Shown here: positions 28,604 through 37,161 of the stretch, in pieces
Layout: every line of letters starts with the position of its first letter
Numbering within the stretch: the first letter of the stretch is position 1
Source of the DNA: Candidatus Limnocylindria bacterium
Lineage (GTDB): Bacteria > Chloroflexota > Limnocylindria > P2-11E
Length of the DNA: 64,000 nucleotides
Direction of reading: 5' to 3'
Assembly (NCBI GenBank): GCA_041486085.1
Contig: JBGPKU010000007.1
Coordinates: 14,630 to 78,629 of the forward strand
Made by a program: the position numbers and the translations under genes
The notes under the pieces: model-generated
Databases searched by the model: none
What the model saw: only the letters and a program-made list of their open reading frames with translations
What the model was told of the DNA's origin: nothing

Positions 28604-28835
28604 AGTAGCTCTTGTTGATCTCGATGTAGTTCTTCCACTTATCGGGGACCGCATCTTCAGGGAAGATCGCGCTCACCGGGCACACCGATTCGCATGCGCC
28701 GCAGTCGATGCACTCATCCGGATGGATGTAGTACATGTTGTCCGCGTCGGTCGTATAGATACAGTCCACGGGACACACATCCACGCACGATGCGTCCTTC
28801 ACACCCACGCATGGCTCGGTGATCACGTAGGCCAT
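28593..28835 (-). CDS. fdxA: 7Fe ferredoxin ([3Fe-4S][4Fe-4S])
   Basis: The ATG at 28835 is preceded by AGGAGG. 'MAYVITEPCVGVKDASCVDVCPVDCIY...HPDECIDCGACESVCPVSAIF' closely resembles actinobacterial FdxA. Confidence 0.9.
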   Translation of the reverse strand: MAYVITEPCVGVKDASCVDVCPVDCIYTTDADNMYYIHPDECIDCGACESVCPVSAIFPEDAVPDKWKNYIEINKSYFNK

Positions 28836-28897
28836 CGAGTCACATCCTCCTAGTAGCGCGGCGCCCGGGTCCCCGAAGGTTATCATCGCGAACGCCG

Positions 28898-29257
28898 ATG
28901 AGCGAAACCGCCGAGTTCCCTTTGCCCTACGACGCGTCCGAGAAGGAACGGGAGACCGCCAAGACCGAGATCGGCAAATACACCGAGCTCGTCGCCGAGG
29001 CGGACCGTTCGATCAAGTTCGTGGGCGAGACGATCGGCCAGACCGGGCCGGTCTGGCATCTCCAGTACACGCGCCTGTATCGCATTCCGAACGGCTACCT
29101 CGTCGCGGCGCGCGACCTCCACGAAGGCGTCAAGGTGGCATTCGCACAGACGCCCGAGGCCCTGGCCGAGTCGTTCGACAATCCGGTCGTCCGCGAGTTC
29201 ATCGAGGACGAGCTCCGGTTCCGGAAGATCATCGGATCGAAGCACGGCGCCGAGTAG
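28898..29257 (+). CDS. hypothetical protein
   Basis: 119-aa ORF with an ATG start and balanced composition. I recognise no family. Confidence 0.6.
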   Translation: MSETAEFPLPYDASEKERETAKTEIGKYTELVAEADRSIKFVGETIGQTGPVWHLQYTRLYRIPNGYLVAARDLHEGVKVAFAQTPEALAESFDNPVVREFIEDELRFRKIIGSKHGAE

Positions 29258-29258
29258 C

Positions 29259-29708
29259 CGCGACCGGAAGGCGGCCCGACCGCCGAAGCGCGTCCCCGGC
29301 GGGGAGATCCTCGAGCCGGTCCGGGCTCGCTGCGACCAGCCACCGCCGCCCGAGCTCATCGAGGGCATCGCGCAGTTCAACAACGGCGAGTTCTTCGAGC
29401 AGCACGAGACCCTCGAGCTCCTCTGGCGAGACACCCGGACGCCGGACCGCGGCCTGTATCACGGCATCCTCCAGATCGGCGTCGGCTTCCACCACTGGCG
29501 CCAGGGAAACTTTCACGGCGCGAGCGTGCTGCTGGACGAAGGCATCGCGCGGCTCCGCCCGTTCGCGCCGTCGTGCCAGACCGTCGACGTCGCCGCGCTG
29601 GTGGCCGACGCTGCCGCGGCTCGCGCGCGGCTGGCCGAGCTCGGCGCCGAGCGGATGAGCACCGCCGACGTCGCCGGTATCGCGCCCCGGATACGCTTCG
29701 CCCCTTGA
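29259..29708 (+). CDS. DUF309 domain-containing protein (5' boundary unresolved: no in-frame ATG/GTG/TTG before 29526)
   Basis: The frame reads 'IEGIAQFNNGEFFEQHETLELLWRD...GLYHGILQIGVGFHHWRQGN', the DUF309 core. GC3 is high from about 29259. The stop overlaps the TTG start of the next gene (TTGA). Confidence 0.55.
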   Translation, partial: RDRKAARPPKRVPGGEILEPVRARCDQPPPPELIEGIAQFNNGEFFEQHETLELLWRDTRTPDRGLYHGILQIGVGFHHWRQGNFHGASVLLDEGIARLRPFAPSCQTVDVAALVADAAAARARLAELGAERMSTADVAGIAPRIRFAP

Positions 29709-30619
29709 GTGACCTCGCGCGACGATGGGCCAAGCGCCTCGGGCCCGTCGGTGCATGGAGCTTCGACGTGGAACGCCTCGCGGCGGCCGACGCGCGCGCG
29801 TACGCGCGCGATCTCGAGATGCTCGGGGTGCCCGCCCTCTGGATCCCCGAGTCGCTCGGCAGCAAGGAGGTCTTCGCCCACTCGGCGATCCTCCTTACCG
29901 CGACGAAGACGCTCGTCATCGCGACAGGCATCGCGAACATCTGGGCGCGCGACCCGGTCGCGATGGCCAACGGCCAGCGCGCGCTATGCGACGCGTTCCC
30001 GGACCGCTTCCTCCTCGGCGTGGGTGTCAGCCACGCGCCGATCCTCAAGGTGCGCAACCGGGCCGTGACCTACGAGCGCCCGCTCGAGCACATGCGCGAG
30101 TACCTCGACGCGATGGACAAGGCGCCGTACACCGGAAAGCAGGTCGACACCGCGCGCGTCGTCGCCGCGCTCGGACCGAAGATGCTGCGACTCTCAGCTG
30201 AGCATGCGATCGGCGCGCATCCGTACTTCGTCCCGGTGGAGCACACCACGCTCGCGCGCAAAGAGCTCGGCGCGGGTCCGCTCCTCGCGGTGGAGCAGGC
30301 CGCCGTTCTCTCGAGCGACCCGACGGTCGCGCGTGCGACGGCGCGCCGGCACATGAAGCGCTACCTCGAGCTCGACAACTACGCGAACAACCTGCGCCGC
30401 CTCGGCTGGGGCGACGCCGATATCACCGATGGCGGAAGCGACGCGCTCGTCGACGCGATCGTCGTGTGGGGTGACGCTTCCACGATCCGCCGGCGCGTCG
30501 ACGATCACCTCGGTCGAGGCGCGGACCACGTCTGCATCCAGGTGATCCGCGTCGATATCAACGCGCCGGTCGAGCAGGAATGGCGCGCGCTTGCGCCGGC
30601 GGTTCTGGGCGCTGGCTAG
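29705..30619 (+). CDS. LLM class F420-dependent oxidoreductase
   Basis: TTG 29705 gives 'LSDLARRWAKRLGPVGAWSF...'. Luciferase-like TIM barrel 'LWIPESLG', 'LLGVGVSH' and 'GAHPYFVP'. The upstream part of track ORF 29573..30619 is Arg-rich overlap of DUF309. Confidence 0.8.
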   Translation: MSDLARRWAKRLGPVGAWSFDVERLAAADARAYARDLEMLGVPALWIPESLGSKEVFAHSAILLTATKTLVIATGIANIWARDPVAMANGQRALCDAFPDRFLLGVGVSHAPILKVRNRAVTYERPLEHMREYLDAMDKAPYTGKQVDTARVVAALGPKMLRLSAEHAIGAHPYFVPVEHTTLARKELGAGPLLAVEQAAVLSSDPTVARATARRHMKRYLELDNYANNLRRLGWGDADITDGGSDALVDAIVVWGDASTIRRRVDDHLGRGADHVCIQVIRVDINAPVEQEWRALAPAVLGAG

Positions 30620-30966
30620 GTCTTCGTCCGTCCGCCGTTCGCCTTGAGCGCCGGCGCGGGCGGCGGCACCGGAAGATCGACCGGTTCGAAGAAGTCCGGC
30701 TGATCCCAGCCAAGCACTGAGTAGGGCGGGAGATTGATCGCCTCGACGCCGTTCAGCTCCGGAATGTCGTTCCGCAACGCACGCTCGATCCCGCCCTTCA
30801 GCTGCAGCGAGACGACGAGCCGGCTTGGGCGGGGACGCGTGAGCCACACCTTGACCCGCGCGATGCCATCCTCCACGTCGACGAGCTCGACGCGACCGCC
30901 ACTCCGCTCGAGATACGGGCGCATCGCATCGATCCGTTCCGCGACGCGCTGCTTGAGATCGGCCAT
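30616..30966 (-). CDS. NifU-like (Nfu C-terminal fold) protein lacking the CxxC pair
   Basis: ATG 30966, 116 aa. 'RIDAMRPYLERSGGRVELVDVEDGIARVKV' resembles the NifU C-terminal domain, but the usual 'GACxxC' position reads 'TRPRPSRL'. Confidence 0.65.
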   Translation of the reverse strand: MADLKQRVAERIDAMRPYLERSGGRVELVDVEDGIARVKVWLTRPRPSRLVVSLQLKGGIERALRNDIPELNGVEAINLPPYSVLGWDQPDFFEPVDLPVPPPAPALKANGGRTKT

Positions 30967-30987
30967 CGCGGCTAGGATAGCCAGCGC

Positions 30988-31767
30988 ATGTGCTACCCGC
31001 CCGGCGCGCGACCGCCGGATCTTCCGCGTGACCTGCGGGCGATCTCGGGCGGTGCGGGCGGAGAGGACGTCGTCCTCAAGAGCGCGGATGGAACTACGTT
31101 CCGGACGTACCTGGCGAAGGCGCGCGCCCCGGATATCGGAGTCGTCATCGCTCCTGACATCCGCGGCCTGCACCAGTTCTACGAGGAGCTGGCCGAGCGA
31201 TTCGCCGATGCCGGCGTGAATGCCATCACGTTCGACTACTTCGGTCGCACCGGCGGCCTCGACAAGCGCGGCGACGACTTCCCCTACCGCGATCACGTCC
31301 CGCTGACGAAACCAGCGACGATCCAGGCCGACATCACCGCCTCGATCGCGCACCTCCGGAGCGCGACCGGAGCGAAACGGATCTTCGTGCTGGGCTTTTG
31401 CATGGGCGGCCGCGTCGCGTTCAACGCGTCCGCGGACCAGAAGGGCCTTGCCGGTGTGGTCGGTTTCTACGGTCGCCTGAGTGCGCGACCGGGAGAGGAG
31501 GGCAACGCGCCCGCGGATCGCGCGAAGACGATGACCGCGCCGGTGCTCGGGCTCATGGGCGGCGCCGACCCCGGCATCCCCGAGACGGAGGTCCGCGCGT
31601 TCGAACGCGCCCTCAGGGATGCCAAGGTCAAGAATCACTTCGAGGTCTACCCGGGCGCGCCGCACTCCTTCTTCGACCGCACGTTCAATGAGCACAAGGA
31701 CGCGTGCGACGACGCCTGGCGGCGCGCGGTCGCCTTCATGCGGACCGGGGACCCGGCGACTCGCTGA
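30988..31767 (+). CDS. dienelactone hydrolase family protein
   Basis: 259 aa with 'GVVIAPDIRGL', nucleophile 'LGFCMGG' and 'YPGAPHSFFD'. Confidence 0.8.
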   Translation: MCYPPGARPPDLPRDLRAISGGAGGEDVVLKSADGTTFRTYLAKARAPDIGVVIAPDIRGLHQFYEELAERFADAGVNAITFDYFGRTGGLDKRGDDFPYRDHVPLTKPATIQADITASIAHLRSATGAKRIFVLGFCMGGRVAFNASADQKGLAGVVGFYGRLSARPGEEGNAPADRAKTMTAPVLGLMGGADPGIPETEVRAFERALRDAKVKNHFEVYPGAPHSFFDRTFNEHKDACDDAWRRAVAFMRTGDPATR

Positions 31768-32222
31768 TGCGCGGCTTTCTGTGGCTGGCGATCGGCTCCG
31801 CGATCTTCATCGGCATCACGTTCTTCGAACAGTTCCCGATCATCGGATGGGTCGGCGGGTTCGCGTCGATCGCCGTCTGGATATGGCTGACCCGGCGGTT
31901 GCTCAGCGACAGCGAATTCGACGTGATCCGAAGCGGCATCGGGACCGTTTGGTCCGCGATGATCGGGGCGGTCACGGGTTTCGTCGGCGCGTTCAGTGCC
32001 TGGCTCGCCCAGACCGGCAGCCTCTTCGGCTTCACCACGCCGCCCGGCGATCGGTTCGGCGCGGCATTCGGATTCGTCGGCGCATCGCTTGGCATCCTGT
32101 ACTGGCCGATCGTCGGCGCGATCGTGTGCGCGGTCACCGCCATCGCGATCACGAGCCGCCGCGTTGGCGCCGTGCGCCGCCCCTCGGATGGTGCGCTCGA
32201 GGATGGGCGGTCCGATGTTTGA
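31767..32222 (+). CDS. membrane protein (4 predicted TM segments)
   Basis: ATG 31767 overlaps the upstream stop (TGATG). 'MRGFLWLAIGSAIFIGITFF...'; hydrophobic throughout. Confidence 0.6.
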   Translation: MRGFLWLAIGSAIFIGITFFEQFPIIGWVGGFASIAVWIWLTRRLLSDSEFDVIRSGIGTVWSAMIGAVTGFVGAFSAWLAQTGSLFGFTTPPGDRFGAAFGFVGASLGILYWPIVGAIVCAVTAIAITSRRVGAVRRPSDGALEDGRSDV

Positions 32223-32240
32223 GGCCACGCGCCTCGACCG

Positions 32241-34250
32241 TTAGGCGACTCGCCTGCGCTTGTGCGACACGTAGTCGACCAACACGTACTCGCCCAGCCG
32301 CTCGGGCTCGACGTAGAACGCACGGCCGGTGTTGATCTTCGACATCTGATTGACGAAATCGACGAGGTAGTGACCGCGCGCGAGCATGAAGGTGTTGATC
32401 GTGATCTGCTCGCGCGTGCAGCGGACGACCTCGCGCAGTGTCTCCTGGAAGGTCCGGGGCGTCGGCGGGTAATTGAAGCGCGGCTCCGGATCTCCCGCCT
32501 CGAAGTGCGCGGTGGGCTCGCCGTCGGTGATCAGGATGATCTGCTTGTTCTTCCCGCGTGACCGGGACAGGAGACGGCGCGCGGTCGAGAACGCGTGCTG
32601 CATGTTGGTGCCGTAGATGTACTCGTTCCAGGTGAGCCCCGGCAGATCGGCGGGCTTCAGCTCCTGCGCCAGCGCGGAGAACCCGACGATGTAGAGATCG
32701 TCCTTCGGGAAGGTCGTGCGGATCAGGGAGTCGAGCGCGTGCGTGACCTTCTTCGCGGCGAGGAAGCAGCCGCGGAAGAGCATCGAGCGCGACACGTCGA
32801 CCAGGATCGCCGTGGCGGACTGCGTCATGAGCTCCGTCCGGTAGACCTCGAAGTCCTTCGCGTTCAGCTTCACCGGGACCTTCGCTCCGTCGCGAAAGAT
32901 CGCGTTGCGCACGGTCGCCGGGAGATCCAGCAGGAACGGGTCGCCGAACTCGTAGACCTTGAGCTCGTCCGTCGGGTCGCCGCCGCGGCCCCGGGTCTTC
33001 GACCGATGGCTGCCGAACGCATCGCGCTTGAGCGTCGCGAAGATCTCCTCGAGCGAGCGCTGGCCGATCTTGCGGATGCCACGCGGCGTCAGCTCGTAGC
33101 GCTCCCCGTCCTTTCTGATGAGGCCGGCTTCCTCGAGAAGCTCGATCATCTTCTGGAGCTGCTCGAGCGACTGGCGCGCGCCCGCGCCCGCGAGGCGCTC
33201 GACCTGATCGGGGTCGAGGGGATCGAGATCGTCGGAGGACCGCGCGCTCCGGACGATGTCCTCCATGTCGGACAGCTGATTCATCTCATCCATGAGCCCG
33301 AGCGCCTCCGCCAGGCTCACCGGCTCGTCGCCGGTCATACCGTGCTCGTAGCTCTCCATCGGTACGAGCTGCGACAGCGTGTCCGCGAGCTCGTTCATCG
33401 CTGACTGCAGGCCGGGATCGGCGAACGCTGTGCCGAGGAGCTCTTCGAGCTGCTGACGCATGTCGCTCGACATGCTCTGCCAGAGCGAGCGCATCGCGGC
33501 CATACCCTGTCCGAGCTGGCGCAGGAGGTCGTCCCAGTCCTTCGCGCCGCCCGCGAGCTCCGGGTACTGCCGTTGGAACGCCTCGAAGTCCGGCTCGCCG
33601 CCCTCCATACGCTCCTTCAGCGAGCGGTTCAGGTCGCGGATCATCTGACGGGTGCGCTCGAGCTGCTCGGGCGTCAGGTTCTGCAGCGACTCGCGCATGT
33701 TCTTGAAGTACGAGCCGAGCACCTGCTGCTGCAGCTCGTTCATCAGCTCCTGGTATTTCTCCGCTGCCTTCGGCTCGACGAACTCGTAGTCCTTCAGCGC
33801 CCGCACCGCGCGCCCGAAGTCCTCGGGCAACGCGTCGAGCTGCGCGAGCCTGTCCTGCGCGAGGCGCTCCATCGCCTGATGCAGCTGCTCGTTGGGCGCC
33901 TCGGCCGAGCGGCGGCGCTCCAACCCCTCGCGCTCCAGGCGCTTCACCTCGTCGAGCTTCGCCTTCAGCTGGTCGAACGCCGTCGAGAGGTCATGCCGCT
34001 GTGCGCGCCGCTGCTTCGCCGAGCGAAGCCGTTCGAGCAGATCCTTCATCCCGTCCATCCGGCCGGGGATCCCCCAGCGCGACAGCCGCGCGAGCGCGTC
34101 CTCGAGGTCGCCGCCCGAGAGCAGCTCGTCGGACATCGCCGCTAGCAGCTCATCCGCCTCGAGCGCGTCGAGCCGCTGAGTGCCGTCCCAGCGCGCGTAC
34201 TTGATGTCGCGATCGAAGTCCCGCAGCGGGGGGGTCTCGTTCATGCGCAC
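32241..34250 (-). CDS. vWA domain-containing protein (COG4867-like, long helical N-terminal region)
   Basis: 669 aa. C-terminal vWA domain with MIDAS 'LVDVSRSM' and 'ILITDGEPT'. The N-terminal ~450 aa are E/Q/L/R-rich and helical. Start is GTG 34250 or ATG 34244. Confidence 0.8.
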   Translation of the reverse strand: MRMNETPPLRDFDRDIKYARWDGTQRLDALEADELLAAMSDELLSGGDLEDALARLSRWGIPGRMDGMKDLLERLRSAKQRRAQRHDLSTAFDQLKAKLDEVKRLEREGLERRRSAEAPNEQLHQAMERLAQDRLAQLDALPEDFGRAVRALKDYEFVEPKAAEKYQELMNELQQQVLGSYFKNMRESLQNLTPEQLERTRQMIRDLNRSLKERMEGGEPDFEAFQRQYPELAGGAKDWDDLLRQLGQGMAAMRSLWQSMSSDMRQQLEELLGTAFADPGLQSAMNELADTLSQLVPMESYEHGMTGDEPVSLAEALGLMDEMNQLSDMEDIVRSARSSDDLDPLDPDQVERLAGAGARQSLEQLQKMIELLEEAGLIRKDGERYELTPRGIRKIGQRSLEEIFATLKRDAFGSHRSKTRGRGGDPTDELKVYEFGDPFLLDLPATVRNAIFRDGAKVPVKLNAKDFEVYRTELMTQSATAILVDVSRSMLFRGCFLAAKKVTHALDSLIRTTFPKDDLYIVGFSALAQELKPADLPGLTWNEYIYGTNMQHAFSTARRLLSRSRGKNKQIILITDGEPTAHFEAGDPEPRFNYPPTPRTFQETLREVVRCTREQITINTFMLARGHYLVDFVNQMSKINTGRAFYVEPERLGEYVLVDYVSHKRRRVA

Positions 34251-34279
34251 ACACCGGCGCTCGTCCGGCAGCCCTCTCG

Positions 34280-34517
34280 CTCGCTGTTGGCTGCGCCGGC
34301 CCGCCGCTCGCGGCCCGCGATGCGCACGGGCCGGCTGGGCGCAAGCGCTCGTCGCGAGAACTCCGCGCCGCTCGCCGTCTTCGAGAGGACCCTTGGCCAG
34401 GGCGGCGCCGCGCTGCGGATGGCGAGCCGGCCGACACTCCCTCGACGAGCGCTTGCGCCCAGGCCGCCCGTGCGGAACGCGCGACGTGGACGGCGGGCGG
34501 CCGTAGCCAACAGCGAG
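34280..34517. repeat. 238-bp imperfect palindrome (long inverted repeat) in the AAA+/vWA intergenic spacer
   Basis: Termini CTCGCTGTTGGCT (34280-34292) and AGCCAACAGCGAG (34505-34517). Perfect 20-bp blocks CTGGGCGCAAGCGCTCGTCG (34335-34354) and CGACGAGCGCTTGCGCCCAG (34443-34462). All pairs share the symmetry centre 34398.5. Confidence 0.85.
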
Positions 34518-34569
34518 GACCGGCCGTGGCGGCGGCGAGCTCTCAACGCTCCCGACGCCAGGAGCTGCG

Positions 34570-35967
34570 TCACGCGCGGAAGGTCGAGCGCGACTCGCCG
34601 CGCTCCTTGTTCAGCTTGCGATTCAGGTGCAGGCCCTCGAGCACGAACTCGACGGCCGCCGCGACCGTCGCGGGGTTGCCGGCCGCGCCGACCTTGGCCA
34701 CAGCGCCCTTCATTCCCGGGATCTGCAGCGCCTGCTTCACGTATTCCTGGGATGCCAGGCTCGATGACACGTGCATCGTCGCGCCGCGCTGGAACGCGGC
34801 CAGCAGCGCATCGAACTCGCCGATCGAGAACGTGCGGTTGAAGACGTTGAGCACGGCGCGCTGCGCGAGGCGCTCGATGACACGCTCCTCCGTCACATCG
34901 CCGACCGACTCGAGCTCGATCTTGCCGGCGGTCGATGCGATGACCGCGGGCATGTCGCTGATGCGCGGAACGACGGTCGTCTCGCCGGTCCGCAGCGCGC
35001 GCTTCAACGCGCTCGACACGAGGTTCTCGTAGTTCGCGACGGAGACGCGCACCGACACGCCTGACCGCTGCGAGATCTCGGGCGAGCGGCGCGCGAGCTG
35101 CGAGATCTCAGCAAGGATCTCCTTCATGTATGCGGGGATGATCGTGTTGATGCCCTCGTCGATGAAGACGTTGCGCTCCTGCTCCATGATCCCGACCTCG
35201 GTGCCGATCTCCTTCGGATAGTGCGTGCGGATCTGCGAGCCGAAGCGGTCCTTGAGCGGGGTGATGATGCGTCCCCGGTTGGTGTAGTCCTCCGGGTTCG
35301 CCGACGCGACGACGAAGAGATCGAGCGGTAGCCGCACCTTGTACCCGCGGATCTGCACGTCGCGCTCCTCCATGACGTTGAGGAGGCTCACCTGCACGCG
35401 CTCCGCGAGGTCGGGGAGCTCGTTCAAGGCGAAGATGCCGCGGTGCGTGCGAGGCACGAGGCCGTAGTGGATCGTGAGCTCGTCGGACAGGTAGCGACCC
35501 TCGGCGACCTTGATGGGGTCGACCTCGCCGATGAGGTCGGCCACGGAGATGTCCGGCGTCGCCAGCTTCTCGGTGTAGCGCTGGTCCGGCGTGAGCCAGA
35601 CGAGCTCGACGCTGTCGCCGTCATTGGCCACGCGATACCGGCAGGCCGCGCAGATCGGCGCGAAGGGATCGTCGTTGATCTCGCAGCCGGCGATCGCGGG
35701 TACCGCCGGATCGAGCAGCTCGATGAGACGCCGCGCGATGCGCGTCTTCGCCTGGCCGCGCTCGCCCAGGAAGATGATGTCCTGGCCCGAGAGGATGGCG
35801 TTCTCGATCTGCGGGAGCACGGTCGACTCGTAGCCGACGATGCCCTGGAAGAGGTCCCGCTTCTTCGCGACGGACGCGATAAGGTTTGCTCGAAGCTCCA
35901 CCTTCACGGATCGCGGCCGGTAGTCAGTCTCGCGAAGCTCGCCGATCTTCTGCGGGCGATCAGCCAT
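34570..35967 (-). CDS. AAA+ ATPase, ChlI/BchI (Mg-chelatase subunit I)-like, COG1239-like
   Basis: 465 aa with P-loop 'FLGERGQAKT', 'GIFALNELPDLAERVQVSLLNVMEE' and 'VVASANPEDY'. Confidence 0.8.
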   Translation of the reverse strand: MADRPQKIGELRETDYRPRSVKVELRANLIASVAKKRDLFQGIVGYESTVLPQIENAILSGQDIIFLGERGQAKTRIARRLIELLDPAVPAIAGCEINDDPFAPICAACRYRVANDGDSVELVWLTPDQRYTEKLATPDISVADLIGEVDPIKVAEGRYLSDELTIHYGLVPRTHRGIFALNELPDLAERVQVSLLNVMEERDVQIRGYKVRLPLDLFVVASANPEDYTNRGRIITPLKDRFGSQIRTHYPKEIGTEVGIMEQERNVFIDEGINTIIPAYMKEILAEISQLARRSPEISQRSGVSVRVSVANYENLVSSALKRALRTGETTVVPRISDMPAVIASTAGKIELESVGDVTEERVIERLAQRAVLNVFNRTFSIGEFDALLAAFQRGATMHVSSSLASQEYVKQALQIPGMKGAVAKVGAAGNPATVAAAVEFVLEGLHLNRKLNKERGESRSTFRA

Positions 35968-36856
35968 TCACGGGATCTCCTCTGAGCACCATCGGTGCTT
36001 TCTCGCCACGGTCCGCCGCCAGAGCGGCGCGGACCTCGGGGATGTCGTACGTGCCGCGGCCGGAGAGCTCTTCGAGCCGCGCCGCGCGCCGCTCAAGCTC
36101 CGCGCCGAGCGCCTCCGAGCCCTCCCCTCGAAGGTGCTCGAGCAGCGCGAGCTCGCTCTCGGCGTCGTGGGCGAAGGTGTCGTCGCCCGGGTCGTGCGTG
36201 ACAAGCGGAGTGAGCGACACGCCGCCGGCGCGGTCACCGAGGCGGTGCAGCGAGACGACGCGCCGTGCGTGCCCGCCGTGCGGCGTGCCGTAGATGCGCA
36301 TGACCATGAGGAGATCGACGCGGGCGAGGTCCGCCGGCGCCACGCCGAGCTCCTCGGTAAGCTGCGTGACGGCCTCCTCGGCGCTGTCCGCGTGCAGGGT
36401 GGAGCCGAGCGCGTAGCCGCGCGCCAGCGTGGCGAACACGCGCAGCGCCTTCGGGCCCCAGAGGTACACCGGCAGATGGGACGACAGCTCGTTCGCGAGA
36501 AGGATCGTGTCGTCCGGCTGCGTTTGCGCCACGAAGTCGAATGTCTCCGACCAGCCGCGGATGAAGATCCGACGCGTCCGCCGTGGGAGGTAGTCGAGAA
36601 GCGCGGTCAGCGTGGTCGTCTTGCCGGAGTGGGGCTGCTCCGCGGCGATGAGCAGCGAGCCGTGCGCCTCGAGGGCCATGCCACACAGTGCCGCGGTCCG
36701 TGCGTCCATGTTGCCCGCTTCGACGATCTCGGTGATCGACATCGGCACCGGCGGCTCCCAGTTCCAGCCCCACCAACCCACCGGCACGTCGTAGTCGCGC
36801 GCCGAGAGAGGCTGTTCCGCGATCACATACCGACGCCCCGCGCGGTGCGGCTCCAT
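35960..36856 (-). CDS. divergent T2SS/T4SS-type (VirB11/CpaF/GspE-like) ATPase core protein
   Basis: ATG 36856, 298 aa. Walker A 'QPHSGKTTTLTALL' and His-box-like 'ALGSTLHADSAEEAVTQL'. The usual 'GEvR' reads 'ANELSS'. 8-nt overlap with the downstream AAA+ start (ATGGCTGA). Confidence 0.6.
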   Translation of the reverse strand: MEPHRAGRRYVIAEQPLSARDYDVPVGWWGWNWEPPVPMSITEIVEAGNMDARTAALCGMALEAHGSLLIAAEQPHSGKTTTLTALLDYLPRRTRRIFIRGWSETFDFVAQTQPDDTILLANELSSHLPVYLWGPKALRVFATLARGYALGSTLHADSAEEAVTQLTEELGVAPADLARVDLLMVMRIYGTPHGGHARRVVSLHRLGDRAGGVSLTPLVTHDPGDDTFAHDAESELALLEHLRGEGSEALGAELERRAARLEELSGRGTYDIPEVRAALAADRGEKAPMVLRGDPVNG

Positions 36857-36889
36857 CGATCGAGGGTAGCACGCTAATCTCTTCGTTCT

Positions 36890-37105
36890 GTGAAGGAAAA
36901 GAGTCAGAGGCGAGCATCCGCGCGGCGATCGACGAGCGCGCCGTCGCCGACCGAAGGCGCTGGGGCCGACATCGCGCCGCAGGACATCAACGACAAGGAG
37001 CTGCTCGCCACGCAAGCACGCGAAGCGGTGGAAAAGAGCGCGGCCGAGCTGCGCAAGCAGCGCGTTCCGATCACCACCGAACCGCCCACGGTGTATCGAC
37101 CCTGA
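36890..37105 (+). CDS. small hypothetical protein
   Basis: 71 aa from a GTG start with high GC3. Its stop (TGA 37103-37105) overlaps an in-frame CTG of the amidase reading frame. Confidence 0.4.
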   Translation: MKEKSQRRASARRSTSAPSPTEGAGADIAPQDINDKELLATQAREAVEKSAAELRKQRVPITTEPPTVYRP

Positions 37106-37161
37106 GCGCCCACCGCTTTGCGACCGCAGTCGAGCTTCGCGCGGCGCTGCGCAAGCGGCAG

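Noticed and set aside
30967-31695. N-terminal 243 aa of the 359-aa minus ORF 30616..31695
   Set aside because: This part lies antisense to the well-supported dienelactone hydrolase gene. Only the last 116 codons (from ATG 30966) form a recognisable NifU-like domain.
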